In this document: positions 63,664-64,000 of the stretch, in pieces
Numbering within the stretch: position 1 is the stretch's first letter
How the letters are laid out: each line of letters begins with the position of its first letter
Assembly: GCA_048013815.1 (NCBI GenBank)
Contig: CM106585.1
Span: 2,728,001 to 2,792,000 of the forward strand
Length of the DNA: 64,000 nucleotides
DNA from: Setoptus koraiensis
Lineage: Eukaryota; Animalia; Arthropoda
Direction of reading: 5' to 3'
Made by a program: the position numbers and the translations under genes
Notes under the pieces: model-generated
What the model was told of the DNA's origin: nothing
Seen by the model: the letters and a program-made list of their open reading frames with translations, nothing else
The model's database searches: none

Positions 63664-64000
63664 TTTTTATCTTTTTATCGCTTGTGATTGGAATTTAAAT
63701 TGGAATTTTTTCGGTTGGATATTTGTAACTGGCGAATGACAAATGTGAACTGATTGTGAAATGAGATTCGTAAATCGACTCACTACAGAAAACGGTTGGA
63801 AATGTCGCTCGCATTGCTCCTTTTGGATGCAACTCAAACTCGCGTATCGAGCGTGATCGTTGGCGCCTTATTGGCATGAACAATGCAGCAAACCGAACAA
63901 ATCCGAAATGGAGGATTCCCCAGAAAAGCGAGCCACATCAAGAACGGGCAAATACTCCAATCGTCGAGCGTCGAAAACACTAGATTCTATCTGTGCTTCC

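Noticed and set aside
1-64000. Bacterial origin, tRNA/rRNA genes or horizontally transferred genes
   Set aside because: Spliceosomal introns and metazoan gene families are present. No tRNA cloverleaf, rRNA-like or prokaryote-like ORF was recognised.

Overview
Eukaryotic, intron-poor arthropod DNA. A compact-genome mite (eriophyoid-like) is inferred from the chelicerate-type gustatory receptor and the short, sparse introns; this is not proven. Layout on the + strand: a possible terminal RING exon (1-136); a 3-exon gustatory receptor (1844-4061) whose last two exons the ORF track misses; a degenerate kainate-type iGluR pseudogene (5928-7178) preceded by a promoter/first-exon-like segment (4356-5516) that is duplicated at 11219-13800; and a ~44 kb non-coding, microsatellite- and palindrome-rich desert. 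After the desert come zfh1/ZEB (51359-56065), WDHD1/And-1/Ctf4 (57518-59929), RNF10 (60377-63157) and a small orphan ORF on the - strand. The strongest leads are: zfh1 stops right after its PLDLS motif with no C-terminal zinc-finger cluster; the duplicated segment carries a splice donor and a dense CACCTG/CAGGTA cluster; TTACGTAA (at least 20 copies) and GGGCCC (~70 copies) are strongly enriched in the desert; and WDHD1 appears to lack its N-terminal WD40 propeller. All counts and alignments were done by eye from recalled family motifs; no searches were run.
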